Shown here: in pieces, positions 36,918-47,999 of the stretch | Position numbering within the stretch: the stretch's first letter is position 1 | Layout: each line of letters starts with the position of its first letter | Assembly (NCBI RefSeq): GCF_001194135.2 | Contig: NC_068986.1 | Location: 21,581,704 to 21,645,703 of the forward strand | Source: Octopus bimaculoides | Taxonomy: Eukaryota | Direction: 5' to 3' | Length of the DNA stretch: 64,000 bases | The notes under the pieces: model-generated | What the model saw: only the letters and a program-made list of their open reading frames with translations | The model's database searches: none | Told to the model about the DNA's origin: nothing | Translations under genes and position numbers: made by a program

Positions 36918-37920
36918 CTAGGTGCACCTTAGATTTTTAAAAATTATCTTATGAGTGAATTTGATTGGGGGAAACTGTACAAAGCCTGTCACATGTGTGT
37001 GTGTGTGTGCATTCATCTATGCAAATGTTTACTTCCTGCGTGCTTTGCATGAGAAAACACCGAACTACAAGTGGTGACACTCTTATTTCCCTGTCAACAA
37101 ATCATCTGGTTGTGCACCTTTTAAGATGTTTGGAATTGGAGCTTGATTACTTGAAAAACAGGTACGGGTAAGTGATAGGGAGGGCATCCAGCTGTAATAT
37201 AATGCTTTGATATTATATATTTATCTAACCCATATTAGCATAGAAAACAGATGCAAAAATGGATGAGCAAGCAAATTTAAGGCTTTAGAAAATCTTTACA
37301 CTGCTTGAAGTTTAAAAAAATTCTCACCTATAATTTTGTTATATATGTGTACAATTAAAAATACAAAGACATAGTTTTCTTTGTTATCAAATTTTTAATT
37401 TTAAAACAGTCCTTTTTCTAATTTTCCATGCAATGTGTGCCATAATAATTTTTTTGTTTGATCTTGAGTGTACTACCACAAAATTAAAAAGACTAATAAC
37501 CATAACCACTCCTCTAGAGTATAATTTGAGGAGATTTGGTTGCTATTTCTAGTAGATTAAGTGACTACATATCAGTTAGCTTAAGCAGAATATTATGTTT
37601 TAATAACCAGTGGCACGTAAAAAGCACCATTCGAGCATGGTTGATGCCAATACCACCTGACTGGCCCTCATGCCAGCAGCATGTAAAAAGCACCCACTAC
37701 ACTCTCGGAGTGGTTGGCATTAGGAAGGGCATCCAGCTGTAGAAACCTCGCCAGATCAGATTGGAGCCTGGTGCAGCCTCCTGGTTTGCCAGTCCTCAGT
37801 CAAGCCGTCCAACCCATGCCAGCATGGAAAGTGGACGTTAAATGACGATGATGATGATGATCACTAACTTAATGATTCAAAAATTCCAGGTTCAAGTTTT
37901 CTGTATGTCTTATTTTTCAG

Positions 37921-38020
37921 ATTATACAGTCTAGATGACATATGGTGTCTCCTTCTTTATTGTTATTCATTGGCTGGGAAAGATCGTTATTTATGGACAA
38001 AAGAAGAACAAGGCTTGCAG
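37921..38020 (+). CDS. SCFD2: SCFD2 exon (LYSLDDIWCLLLYCYSLAG...QGLQ)
   Basis: tcag|A...CAG|gtaatt, 100 nt. Confidence 0.9.
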
Positions 38021-38466
38021 GTAATTTTTAATAATTATTTACATTTCTTTGTTTTGCTATCAAAAATATCCTAAGTAAATATAGTAATATTTACTCATAT
38101 GTAAGTCATACCCCTAATTTAGTGTTAAATCTGGGTACAAAATCTTTTCCTTTCATAGTTTATGTTCCTAACACTAGCTTAATGATAACTAAGTTAATTT
38201 TACTAAATTCTTTGTTACATTTAAAGTAATTGAAAGAAACACAGAGCATCTCAAAATAAATCCAGTAACGAAAGGGTTAAATGTAGCATCAAATGTTTAG
38301 CATTGATAAGAATTACTTTCCATATTCTAATAAAGATTTATTGAAGCTGACAATCTCCATAAGAAATAAAATCATTTATTTCTCTTTCTTTTTACATAGA
38401 AAAATAAAATGTGAAACCAATTGAACCATTTAATTCAAAAATATTTTTTTCTTCTATTTATTTCAG

Positions 38467-38530
38467 GCAGGCATTGTGAAAGAAATCCTGATAGAGTTGA
38501 AGAATTTACCTCCGATAACAAAAGCACTTG
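38467..38530 (+). CDS. SCFD2: SCFD2 exon (AGIVKEILIELKNLPPITKAL)
   Basis: tcag|GCA...TTG|gtaaga, 64 nt. Confidence 0.85.
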
Positions 38531-38824
38531 GTAAGATATATTCCTTCTTCAACCTTGGGTATATCAAGCAAATGACACTGGACAAGCATAAAAATGTCTG
38601 TCTGTGTTCATATCATATTTGTACTATATATACCAGTGGTGGCCAAGCTACAGCCTTGAAAGCTACTGTGTATATGGCTCATGAGAAAATATTTCGTTTC
38701 AGTGCTATTTTTTGTAAAACAGCTTTAATATCCTATTGACCAGGTTTTAAAGTATTAACAGCAAAAATGAAGACTCAATGAATGAACCTTCAATGAACAG
38801 TGGTGGTGGCAGCAGTGGTTCCTT

Positions 38825-38827
38825 CTT

Positions 38828-38859
<32 letters not shown>

Positions 38860-39260
38860 TTTAATGTCTGTTGTCCATGCAGGCATGGGTTGGACGGTTT
38901 GATCAGGCTGGTACGCTGGAAGGCTGTGCCAGACTCCAGTCTGATTTGGCATGGTTTTCTATGGCTGGATGCCCTTCCTAACACCAACCACTCCAAGAGT
39001 GTAATAGATGCTTTTACGTGCCACCGGCACAGGTGCCATTTGTGTAACACCAGTATCTGCCACGTCTGCAGTTTTGCTCAGCTTGATGGGTCTTCTCAAG
39101 CACAACATAATGCCAAAGGTCTCAGTCATAGCCTCCGTGAGGCCCAACACTCGAAAGGAACTTGGCTACTTTGCTTCCATGAGGCCCAACACTTGAAAGG
39201 AACTCAGCCATTTCGCCTCCATGAGGCCCAATGCTTGAAATGAACTCAGCCACTTCATAT
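38825..39260 (-). mobile_element. RTE 3' end with an internal ~41-bp unit repeated three times
   Basis: (CAT)n tail; atgaggcccaacacttgaaaggaactc-like unit x3 at 39121-39255. Confidence 0.75.
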
Positions 39261-39364
39261 CAGACTTTTCTTACCAATCAACTTGGTCACCTTTGGCATA
39301 TAATAAGGTGATCACGACTCCTATGGTTTTAACAGTTTCAATAGTAATATATCTGGAGTGCAAA

Positions 39365-39560
39365 TGCACATAGCTTAGTGGTTAGGGTGTTTCATTCACA
39401 GTCACTAGATCATAGGTTTGATTCCCAGACCAGGCAGTACATTGTGTTCTTGGGCAAAACACTTCATTTCACGTTACTCCAGTTGACTCAGCTGTAAATG
39501 GGTAACCCTGTGATGGATTAGTTTTCCAGTCAGGGAGAATGTTGGCCTGTTAACCTAGCC
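39365..39560 (+). mobile_element. tRNA-derived SINE (family C); second copy at ~51827-52030
   Basis: gcttagtggttagggtgtt head; shared core acacttcatttcac.ttgctccagt..ac.cagctgtaaatg.gtaaccctg. Confidence 0.65.
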
Positions 39561-40323
39561 AGCAAGGTGGCATCATTCAAAAGCTAAAATAATGCAAAGT
39601 GCATTGTGACCAGTGATGTATACCAACATCTGATAGTCTGGTCAATCACATGATATCTGGGAGTAAAACAGTTTGACATAGTCTATCTATGTCCAAACTG
39701 TACTTACAGGAGTAAGAATATGTTTATAAAACATTTGCCAATATAGTTTGAGTTTTTTTTTGTATTGTCAGTCTTTATGTTCTGAGTTCAAATGCTACCA
39801 AGGTCCACTTTACCTTTTATTCTTTCAAGGTTGATAAAATAAGTACCAGTTGAGCACTGGGGTCAATTTAGTTGATTAGCTCCCTCCCCTCAAACTTACT
39901 GGCCTTGTGCCAAAATTTAAAACCAATTATAGTTTAAGTTTTGATAAATTCATGTCCTGGAGAAAACAGAAAGATTACATTGTGAGCTCATCTCTTGTCC
40001 TCTAGTGAAATGATGGCCCCCAAACATTAGCTTTCACTTTTCCCTACAGCATACAGAATCAGCCATACCTACAATGTTCATTGTATAATTTTTTTCCAAT
40101 ACTGGCCACCACCACTTTTTGCACAGATTCTGCTTTTGTTTATCAGTTAGTTTAACAAAGGGCTTCTGCTGCTTTGAATTATACAGAAGTAAATTGTGCA
40201 TGAAGCCTTGAAGTGTTTTAGTCAAATAAACCAACCCCAGTGATAAGGCGCAGAATGGGGTGGAGCAAACATAGACACACACACAGACACACACACACAC
40301 ACATCAGGCTTCTTTTAGTTTCT

Positions 40324-40551
40324 TATTTCTTTATTGCCTACAAGGGGCTAAACATAGAGGGGACAAACAAGGACAGACAAAGGGATTAAGTCAATTACAT
40401 CGACCCCAGTGCATAACTGGTACTTAATTTATCGACTCTGAAAAGTTGAAAGGCAAAGTCGACCTCGGCGGAATTTGAACTCAGAACGTAACGGCAGATG
40501 AAATACTGCTAAGCATTTCACCCGGCTTGGTAACGTTTCTGCCAGCTCACT
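40324..40551 (-). mobile_element. Young family-A SINE nested in a family-B SINE
   Basis: Perfect 17-bp duplication ggcttcttttagtttct at 40307-40323 and 40552-40568. Confidence 0.88.
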
Positions 40552-40890
40552 GGCTTCTTTTAGTTTCTGTCTACCAAATCCATTCACAAGGCTTTGGTTA
40601 CTCCAAGGTGACACTTGTCCAATATGCCACACAGTGGGACCAAATTAAAAACCAAGTGGTTGCAAAGCATCTCTGTACCAAATAAACAGTGCAACATTAG
40701 CAGTGGGATATGAAATATCACCCTTTCATTTTATAAACTCTACACCCAACTAACTACATCAACTGTGTAGCCATTGATATAATTTATATTAAAGATGTTA
40801 ATTCTTTCTTCTATAGAATTTGTAATTTAAGAAAAAAAAATTTATCTTGTATGTTATCTGAAAATGTAATATTTGAATATTGCCTTTTAG

Positions 40891-40993
40891 TTAAAGATAA
40901 CCATACTGAAGGTACAGTGTCTGTGATAGTCCAAGGTGTGTGGGAAAAATTGAAAGGCCTTGGTGATGCAAGAGAAGACCTCAAGCAGTTTAG
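40891..40993 (+). CDS. SCFD2: SCFD2 exon (KDNHTEG...GDAREDLKQF)
   Basis: ttag|TT...AG|gtatat, 103 nt. Confidence 0.9.
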
Positions 40994-41999
40994 GTATATG
41001 TCTTTTTATTTATTTATTTTTCTTTATGTTTGACTACCAGAATAAGATTATTTTTCTCTATCAGAAGTAGAGAAACCTAAAGGCATTAGCTGATATATGC
41101 TGTGGTTTTGGACATGTAATAGTGATCACATCTCCACCCTTGTTCCATTTGCTACATTCACCTCTACACAAATTTCTAACCTTCTGTCATGCTCTTTTCA
41201 CACCTTAGTGACCTTATCCACCCACCTTTCCTAATTCTTTGTATTTTCTCTTGTGCTCACTTTCTTGTATCTTGAAAGTATGCTCTGATACTTTGTTGCC
41301 ACCATCTTTGTCTTCTTTCCAGCTACTCCCATCCACCCTTATATAATATCTCCTTTTGTAACAAGACACCTGTGCCCGTTCCTCTATCATATTTTAACCT
41401 CTCAACACCTGGCATATGCTCATCTCCCTGTCTGTGAAGGGTCTTTTCTTTGTCTTGCAAATTCCTTGTGACCTTGCTAGTGCCAGTGTCAGATAAAAAA
41501 AAAAGCACCCAGTACACTTTGTAAAGTTGTTGTATTAAGAAAGGCATCCAACCACAAAAACCATGCCAAGGTAGACACTGGAGCTTGATGCAGTCCTCTG
41601 GTATGTTGGATCCTGCCTAAGCATCAACTCACAGTATAGAAGATGGGTATTAAATGACGATGGTGGTGGTGGAGGTATTGCTGCCACCACCACAACCACC
41701 TGCTGTGTACATATAAATAGATAGTGGCCATAGTAGATGAGGATCAATGAAGATATGGGGGGATGTGGTGTAATCAACTCTGAGGATGTTAAGCCTCAGA
41801 AACAAGATGATGGTAAAGTATGGTGCTATGCCAGATTGATTATCTATCCAATCTATGACACCATTGTTAAAAAGTGTTTTTAAAAAATATTCTTTACTGA
41901 ACAGTAAATTGTTTTTTAAAAAAATGCAGTGAGGTTGCCTACATAAATGGATACAATGTTGTTACTTAATTAAAACAAAATTTTCTTCTTTATTTTCAG

Positions 42000-42155
42000 T
42001 TCTGTTCTTAAGGCAGGAGATGAAAGCAGTCCCCCTCATTACAAATCCATCTTGAGACAAATAGTTGAATTAGTATTTGATCCAAATAAAGTTGACTTGG
42101 TTGATGTTGAATGTAAAACTGGTGGCCTCAAAGATCTTCTGAAAACTGGTTTTGG
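42000..42155 (+). CDS. SCFD2: SCFD2 exon (SVLKAGDESSPPHYKSILRQIVELVF...LKTGF)
   Basis: tcag|T...GG|gtaagg, 156 nt. Confidence 0.94.
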
Positions 42156-42194
42156 GTAAGGAAGTAACTATTACTTAATGAATACAACCCCATA

Positions 42195-42225
<31 letters not shown>

Positions 42226-42511
42226 NNNNNNNNNNNNNNNNNNNNNNNNNNNNNNNNNNNNNNNNNNNNNNNNNNNNNNNNNNNNNNNNNNNNNNNNNNN
42301 NNNNNNNNNNNNNNNNNNNNNNNNNNNNNNNNNNNNNNNNNNNNNNNNNNNNNNNNNNNNNNNNNNNNNNNNNNNNNNNNNNNNNNNNNNNNNNNNNNNN
42401 NNNNNNNNNNNNNNNNNNNNNNNNNNNNNNNNNNNNNNNNNNNNNNNNNNNNNNNNNNNNNNNNNNNNNNNNNNNNNNNNNNNNNNNNNNNNNNNNNNNN
42501 NNNNNNNNNNN

Positions 42512-43219
42512 CCAATAAAATTATCATTGGCTTCAACCATGGCTGCCAGATGACTTCAGAATCTCCTGCAACTCTTCTGAACAGTCTCCTTGTTTAAGTT
42601 GGCGAATGCTGCCATAATCCTTTCCTTCAGTTCATCTTTGGTGTTACAAAGAGTTTTGCACCCCTACACATAATAACGAAGGGGATTGCAGTCTGGGGAG
42701 TTAGGTGGCCAGATGTTAGGGGTGATATGGTCGCAGAAATTGTCTGACAGCCATGACTGGGTTCTCCTGCTTGTGTGGCATGATGCAGAGTCCTGTTGCC
42801 AGACACAGGGTTTTCCAGTAGCCACCCTCTCTACCTCCTCCAGGCACTTGATGTATGTCTCTGTGTCTGGGGCTGTGTGGGAAGATGAATAGAGGCATAA
42901 CGTTGCCATCACTAGTGATCACTTCAAACACCATGATGTTGACTGGATGTTTGGTTTTTATCACTCTTCGTACAGATCCTCAGATTGACACCCAAATACT
43001 ATGAAATTTTCATATTGGAGCTCCCAGCGCAAATTCCAAGCAGTACAGCATGTTGTTTCCAAATTTCTGGCAGAGTGAATTGTATCGTGATACTGTTTTT
43101 CTGAGAGATGGTGCTCAACTGACCCTACTATTCTGTGTAGTTGACGAAATCAAAAACAAACAATGCGCTTGCATGAAATTCAAAATATAAAATGGCAACA
43201 ATTTATCCATTGCACCCTG
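42512..43219 (-). mobile_element. Internally deleted Tc1/mariner relic, maT (DD37D)-like
   Basis: WQQDSASCH...WPPNSPDCNPL(R)YYV with 37 residues between the second D and the third catalytic position; terminus ...CACCCTG|TA; other end lost in the N gap. Confidence 0.8.
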
Positions 43220-43238
43220 TACATATATATATATATAT

Positions 43239-43270
<32 letters not shown>

Positions 43271-43358
43271 TTAATGTCTGCCTTCCCTGCTGAAACGATA
43301 TATATGTACACTATTTTATTAAAGTTGAAAAGTCATCAGCCATTTGTCCACTCACTCG

Positions 43359-43405
<47 letters not shown>

Positions 43406-43605
43406 GCATGTTTGTGTTGTGTGTATTCGCTTGTCTTGACATCACATGATCGGTGTAAATGAATGTCACTATCATACAAGCAATGTTGTTTCAAGTCTTC
43501 TGTGAAAAACTAGTTTGGCCATGGGGAAATTACTGGCCTTGTGCCAAATTTGAAATCATCACCATTATTATTATTATTATTATCATTATTATTATTATTA
43601 TTATT

Positions 43606-43747
43606 AATATAGAAAGGATTGAGGTAGCTCCTCCTGAAGATATTGAGTCAAAATTAAAAGAAGAGTACCATTGTTATGCAGTGAACGATATTTCGACATC
43701 TTGTGTGTCTTCAACTGGTTCAGGAGGAGTTATCTCAATCCTTTCTA

Positions 43748-43751
<4 letters not shown>
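43606..43751. mobile_element. ~145-bp MITE-like hairpin with 33-bp terminal inverted repeats inside (ATT)n
   Basis: aatatagaaaggattgaggtagctcctcctgaa versus ttcaggaggagttatctcaatcctttctatatt, 2 mismatches. Confidence 0.75.
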
Positions 43752-43799
<48 letters not shown>

Positions 43800-43985
43800 G
43801 GTCAACTTTGTTTTTCGTCCTTTCAAGGTCAATAAAATAAGTACCAGTTGAGCATTGAGGTCAATGTTATAAATTTTTCCTATTGTCTAAAATTGCTGGC
43901 CTTATGCCTGAATTTTACAGTTCTTGTTGTTGCTTTTCCTAAAGAAAAAAGGTAATTATTATTATTGTTGTTGTTGTTGTTATTA

Positions 43986-44230
43986 AGGTGACAAGCTGGT
44001 AGAATCATTAGCACACTGGACAAAATGCATTTTGTCCATCTTTACATTCTGAATTCAAATTCCGCCAAGGTCGACTTTGCCTTTCGCCCTTTCAGGGTCG
44101 ATAAAATGAATTACCAGTTGAACCCGGGGGCTGTCGGTGTAATCGACAAACCCCTCCCCTTAAATTTCAGGCTTTGTGCCTATAGTAGAAAGGATTATTA
44201 TCATTGTTGTTGTTGGTGTTATTATTATTG
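43986..44230 (+). mobile_element. Family-A SINE whose (ATT/GTT)n tail abuts an SCFD2 acceptor
   Basis: A/B boxes and core; tail ends about 11 nt before the AG at 44240-44241. Confidence 0.75.
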
Positions 44231-44241
44231 TTATTTCGTAG

Positions 44242-44374
44242 GCTCTTTATGAATATCTCAAAACCAAGACCCAATGACCACCCCCTCTTGATAATATACG
44301 TAATTGGAGGAATCACCACAACTGAAGTCAAACAAATTAAAGACATGATGGCATCTCTAAAGACAGATACAAAG
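44242..44374 (+). CDS. SCFD2: SCFD2 exon (LFMNISKPRPNDHPLLIIYVIGGITT...TDTK)
   Basis: gtag|G...AAG|gtaaag, 133 nt. Confidence 0.94.
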
Positions 44375-44990
44375 GTAAAGATTCCTATATATGTATTGTT
44401 TTGTTTTTGTTTTTGTCCTCCATATTACAACAATGAATTGAAATCAGCAGGTTCTTGGTTACTTAGGTTAAAAAACTAGATTCCTCAAAATCGCATGAAA
44501 AATAAATGTTTTTAATTCCCCCTCAGGTGGATAATGATGCATTGCTACATGTGAAAATTTAAGAGGTAAATGTTATTTTTGAACTTATAACAGTGAAATT
44601 ATTGTTATAGAAAAAGAAAAAAAATTTTTTTTGTTTTTTTTTGTTACAACTTATTAATAGTAAGGAGTTTGTCTAATTTAGAAAATGGAATTTTTATGCA
44701 CTGTGAAAAACCTGTCTGCTCATGAGGTAATATTACCTTACTTGGCAACAGTAAGTTGAGGGTTGGTGACAGGCTTCTGGACATGGAAAATCCACCTCAG
44801 CAAATTCCATCTGACTCATACAAGCATGCGGAGGTGGATGTCAAAACACTGAAGATGATGATGATGATGATGACACACACACATATGTGTATATGTGCAG
44901 GCATGGCTATGTGGTTAAGAAGTTCACTTCACCGTCATGTGGTTTCAGGTTCAGTCCCACTGCACAGTAGCTTGGGCAGGTGTCTTTTAT

Positions 44991-45100
44991 AATTGTAATT
45001 TCAAATTAGAAGGGAAATAATTGTAATTTCAAATGTGGTGGGGGGAAGATAATTGCAATTTCATGTGCAGAGGGGAAACAATTGTAATTTCAAATGTGTT
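44991..45100. repeat. ~29-32-bp minisatellite, four units
   Basis: aattg(t/c)aatttca(aat)...gggaa repeated four times. Confidence 0.75.
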
Positions 45101-47036
45101 GCATAAAGAAAAAAATGTTCTTGTAGATTTCTACCAATTGAATATGACAGATTGTTTCCACAGTATTTTCTAAAAAAATTAATATCTATGTATAGAAGTG
45201 TATATATGTGTGTGTATGAGTAATATGTGTATGCGTCTATGAGTAATATGTAAGAACCAAGCTTTAATAAACATTCACATAAGAGTCACAGTTGCTAAAA
45301 ATAATGATAGACTCAACCAATATGTTGTATGCTCTGGCAAGATGACAGTTGACTATTCAGAAACAAGCTCCACTGGCACTGTTAAGTAGTTAGTAATAGA
45401 AATGACATCCTGCTGTGAAAATTATTATTGCATCAATGTGCAGAATATACAAATATCTAAAATGCTTCTCCTTTGTGCTGGCATGAGAGAAAAAATAGAT
45501 GTTGAAAAGAAAATTCTTCATAAAAGACAGCACAACTAAATTTTGACTTTAATTCTTGGTTTCAAGTTTTTGCACAAAGCCTGCAATTTTGGGGAGAGAT
45601 GGGTTAAGTTGATTCCATCAACCCCAGTGTTTAACTGGTACTAACTTTATCATCCCCGGCAGCATTTGAACTCATAACTCATGCCACTTAGCATTTTCTC
45701 TAGTGCAGTATCAGTTCTGCCAGCTTGCAGCCTTAACTTTAACTTTAATTATCAATAATCAGACGTAGGGTTGTGCGCTAAAGAAGTTCACTTTGCTACC
45801 TTGTGGTTCTATGTTTGATTCTGCTTTGCAGTACCTTGGGCAAGTGACTTTTCATTAGCTCCAGGTTGACCAGTACCTCGTGAGAGGAAGTTTGGTAGAT
45901 AGAAACTATGCAGAACCATATCACTGAATTTATTTGCTCATGTGGGATTGATTGAAACCTGGAAGATAAAAACAGCAATCCTATTCTGTAATGTACCACA
46001 AAAGCATTGTGAGTGTTTCATAAAATCCCCGAAGACATAAAGGACTTTATCATCATCATCATCATCATCATTTTAACATCCACTTTTCCATGATTGTGTG
46101 GGTCAGACAGAATTTATTGAGGCAGAATTTCCTGTTTCCAAGCAAGGTAATATTTCCACATCAGCAGACATATTTTCACAGAATATTAGAAATAAACAAC
46201 ATTCTTTTATAACAATCGTGTGTCAAGACAAGGAGACACAAACACACACACATGCATATATACAACAGGCTTCTTTCAGTTTCTATTTACCAAAATCCAC
46301 TCACAAGGTTTTTTTTGGCCTTGGGCAATGGTAGAAGACACTTGCTTAAGGTACCAATGATTTAAAATTTAGAAGTGTCACATGAAAAATAAGATGAACA
46401 ATGAATCATTTTCACATTTTTCTTTGATTAATTTCAAACCTGAAGTCACTATGTAGTCACTCAACCTGATAGTAATAGCAGCCAAATCTCCCTTAAGTAA
46501 CAGATTTATTCTCTTAAAAGAAAAAGAGGACACATCAAATCATATGTTCCTAGATATGGTGTCTGAAACAGAAAACAAGAGAAAAAGACTGGATGGTCAT
46601 TACTGGAATGTCTTTGATTATCGATCTCCTTGCTCAGGAATGACACAGCTTTCCATATAAAACAGTCAGAAGACCTTGACATGTCACTTTATATAATTTC
46701 TTCTGAGGGTTTGAATCTAAATATGTAACATTTTTACAGCATATGGAATTGGTAAAATACACTTTTGTAAAGAGTGTGATGATTTCAAAGAAATACTCAT
46801 TCTCTCTCTGTCTGTCTATCTATCTACCCATCCATTCATCCATCCATCCATCCATCCATCCATCCATCCATTCATTCATTCATTCATTCATTCATTCATC
46901 TCTCCCTATTCTTTATTATATATTAATATTTTTGCAGCTACTTTCCTCTTTTTCTACCTTAGCAATTTTATTAATTTTCCCAAAGATTTTGCTAACTTAA
47001 AATGTTTCTTTCTCTCCCTTTATTGAATATTTACAG

Positions 47037-47123
47037 ATTTTATTTGGGAGTACACAGCTTGTGAATCCACTCAGTCTTGCGATGTCAGTCTTATGTGAAA
47101 ATAGAATGAACCCTTGTATATAA
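47037..47123 (+). CDS. SCFD2: SCFD2 last coding exon (ILFGSTQLVNPLSLAMSVLCENRMNPCI*)
   Basis: acag|ATT...TAA; aligns to the human C-terminus (STRLLKP...DRLHP); AATAAA at 47135 and 47184. Confidence 0.88.
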   Translation: MLFGSTQLVNPLSLAMSVLCENRMNPCI

Positions 47124-47577
47124 AAAAAAAAAATAATAAAGGAAGAAATTTCTAAATACATATACACATATATGTACATGTGTAATAAAACAAAAGGTAT
47201 TGCTCAGCATTTTGATTTTTGTATTGTTTTATGTTTGTGATGGATGTCTGGTGGAATGTAGTCTTCTTGAGGTCCCTTTTTATACCCAGTTGAAATTATG
47301 TCCTTCACTCTTAAGAATTATGTCTGTGACTACATTATCCAATGTGTCCATTCCTTATCCAATCCTTTGATATCAACCTGCTTAAGGATGCCCTTGGTTA
47401 TATCATACAAACTTCCTGTTTTAAAGTAATTTAAATTTGCATCTTCCATTAAAAACTCATGTTAATTTATTTTCTGAATACCAGCTTAATAGTGACAAAG
47501 TTGTTTTATTAAATTCTTCATTCCAAATCTAAACTCACCTATGCTAGTGCCATGTAAAAAGCACTGAGTCCACTCTG

Positions 47578-47999
47578 CATAGCTGACCGCCTACACTTTT
47601 TTCTGCAAAATGGGGGTAGTTTATCCTGTTCAGGCTATATTATTAGCATTATCCTGCGATTGAGAATTTAAAATCACTTCTTTAACTTTCTAAGACATCT
47701 CAATGCTTCTAAAAGCAAACTTTGTTTGTTTGTTTACGTTCATCGTAATTTGAATTTAACATATGATAGCGTCTCGTAAAGCGAGATTTCTATACATCTT
47801 GAATTTGCAGGAAAACTTGTGGTGGGGCAGTTTAGTTTAATCAGTCTAAGAGCACCGCTACGCGTAATCATGGAGGTGTGAGTTCGTGTCTCATAGCTGG
47901 CCGCCTACACTTTTTTCTGCAAAATAGGGGTAGTTTATCCTGTTCAGGCTATATTATTAGCATTATCCTGCGTTTGAGAATTTAAAATCACTTCTTTAA
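47578..47999 (+). repeat. 108-bp direct repeats with 314-bp period
   Basis: 47578-47685 versus 47892-47999, 3 mismatches. Confidence 0.85.
47826..47902 (+). pseudogene. tRNA-like sequence (decayed tRNA gene or SINE head; CGT at the anticodon position, Thr-like)
   Basis: Acceptor stem GGCAGTT/AGCTGGC (6 of 7 pairs), T-arm GTGAG-TTCGTGT-CTCAT, T6 at 47911-47916; anticodon stem is broken. Confidence 0.5.

Larger units (their letters stand above)
23496..47123 (+). other. SCFD2: Sec1 family domain-containing protein 2 gene, complete CDS in 15 exons (2052 nt = 683 aa + stop)
   Basis: Spliced product is colinear with human SCFD2 as I recall it (SVIFVDRSLDIVGAVGH, IAPGCL, GLKDLLKTGF, RPNDHPLLIIYVIGGIT); phases consistent. 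Confidence 0.95.

Noticed and set aside
43459-43851. 130-aa ORF with poly-Ile and poly-Leu
   Set aside because: Translation of (ATT)n tracts and the hairpin element.
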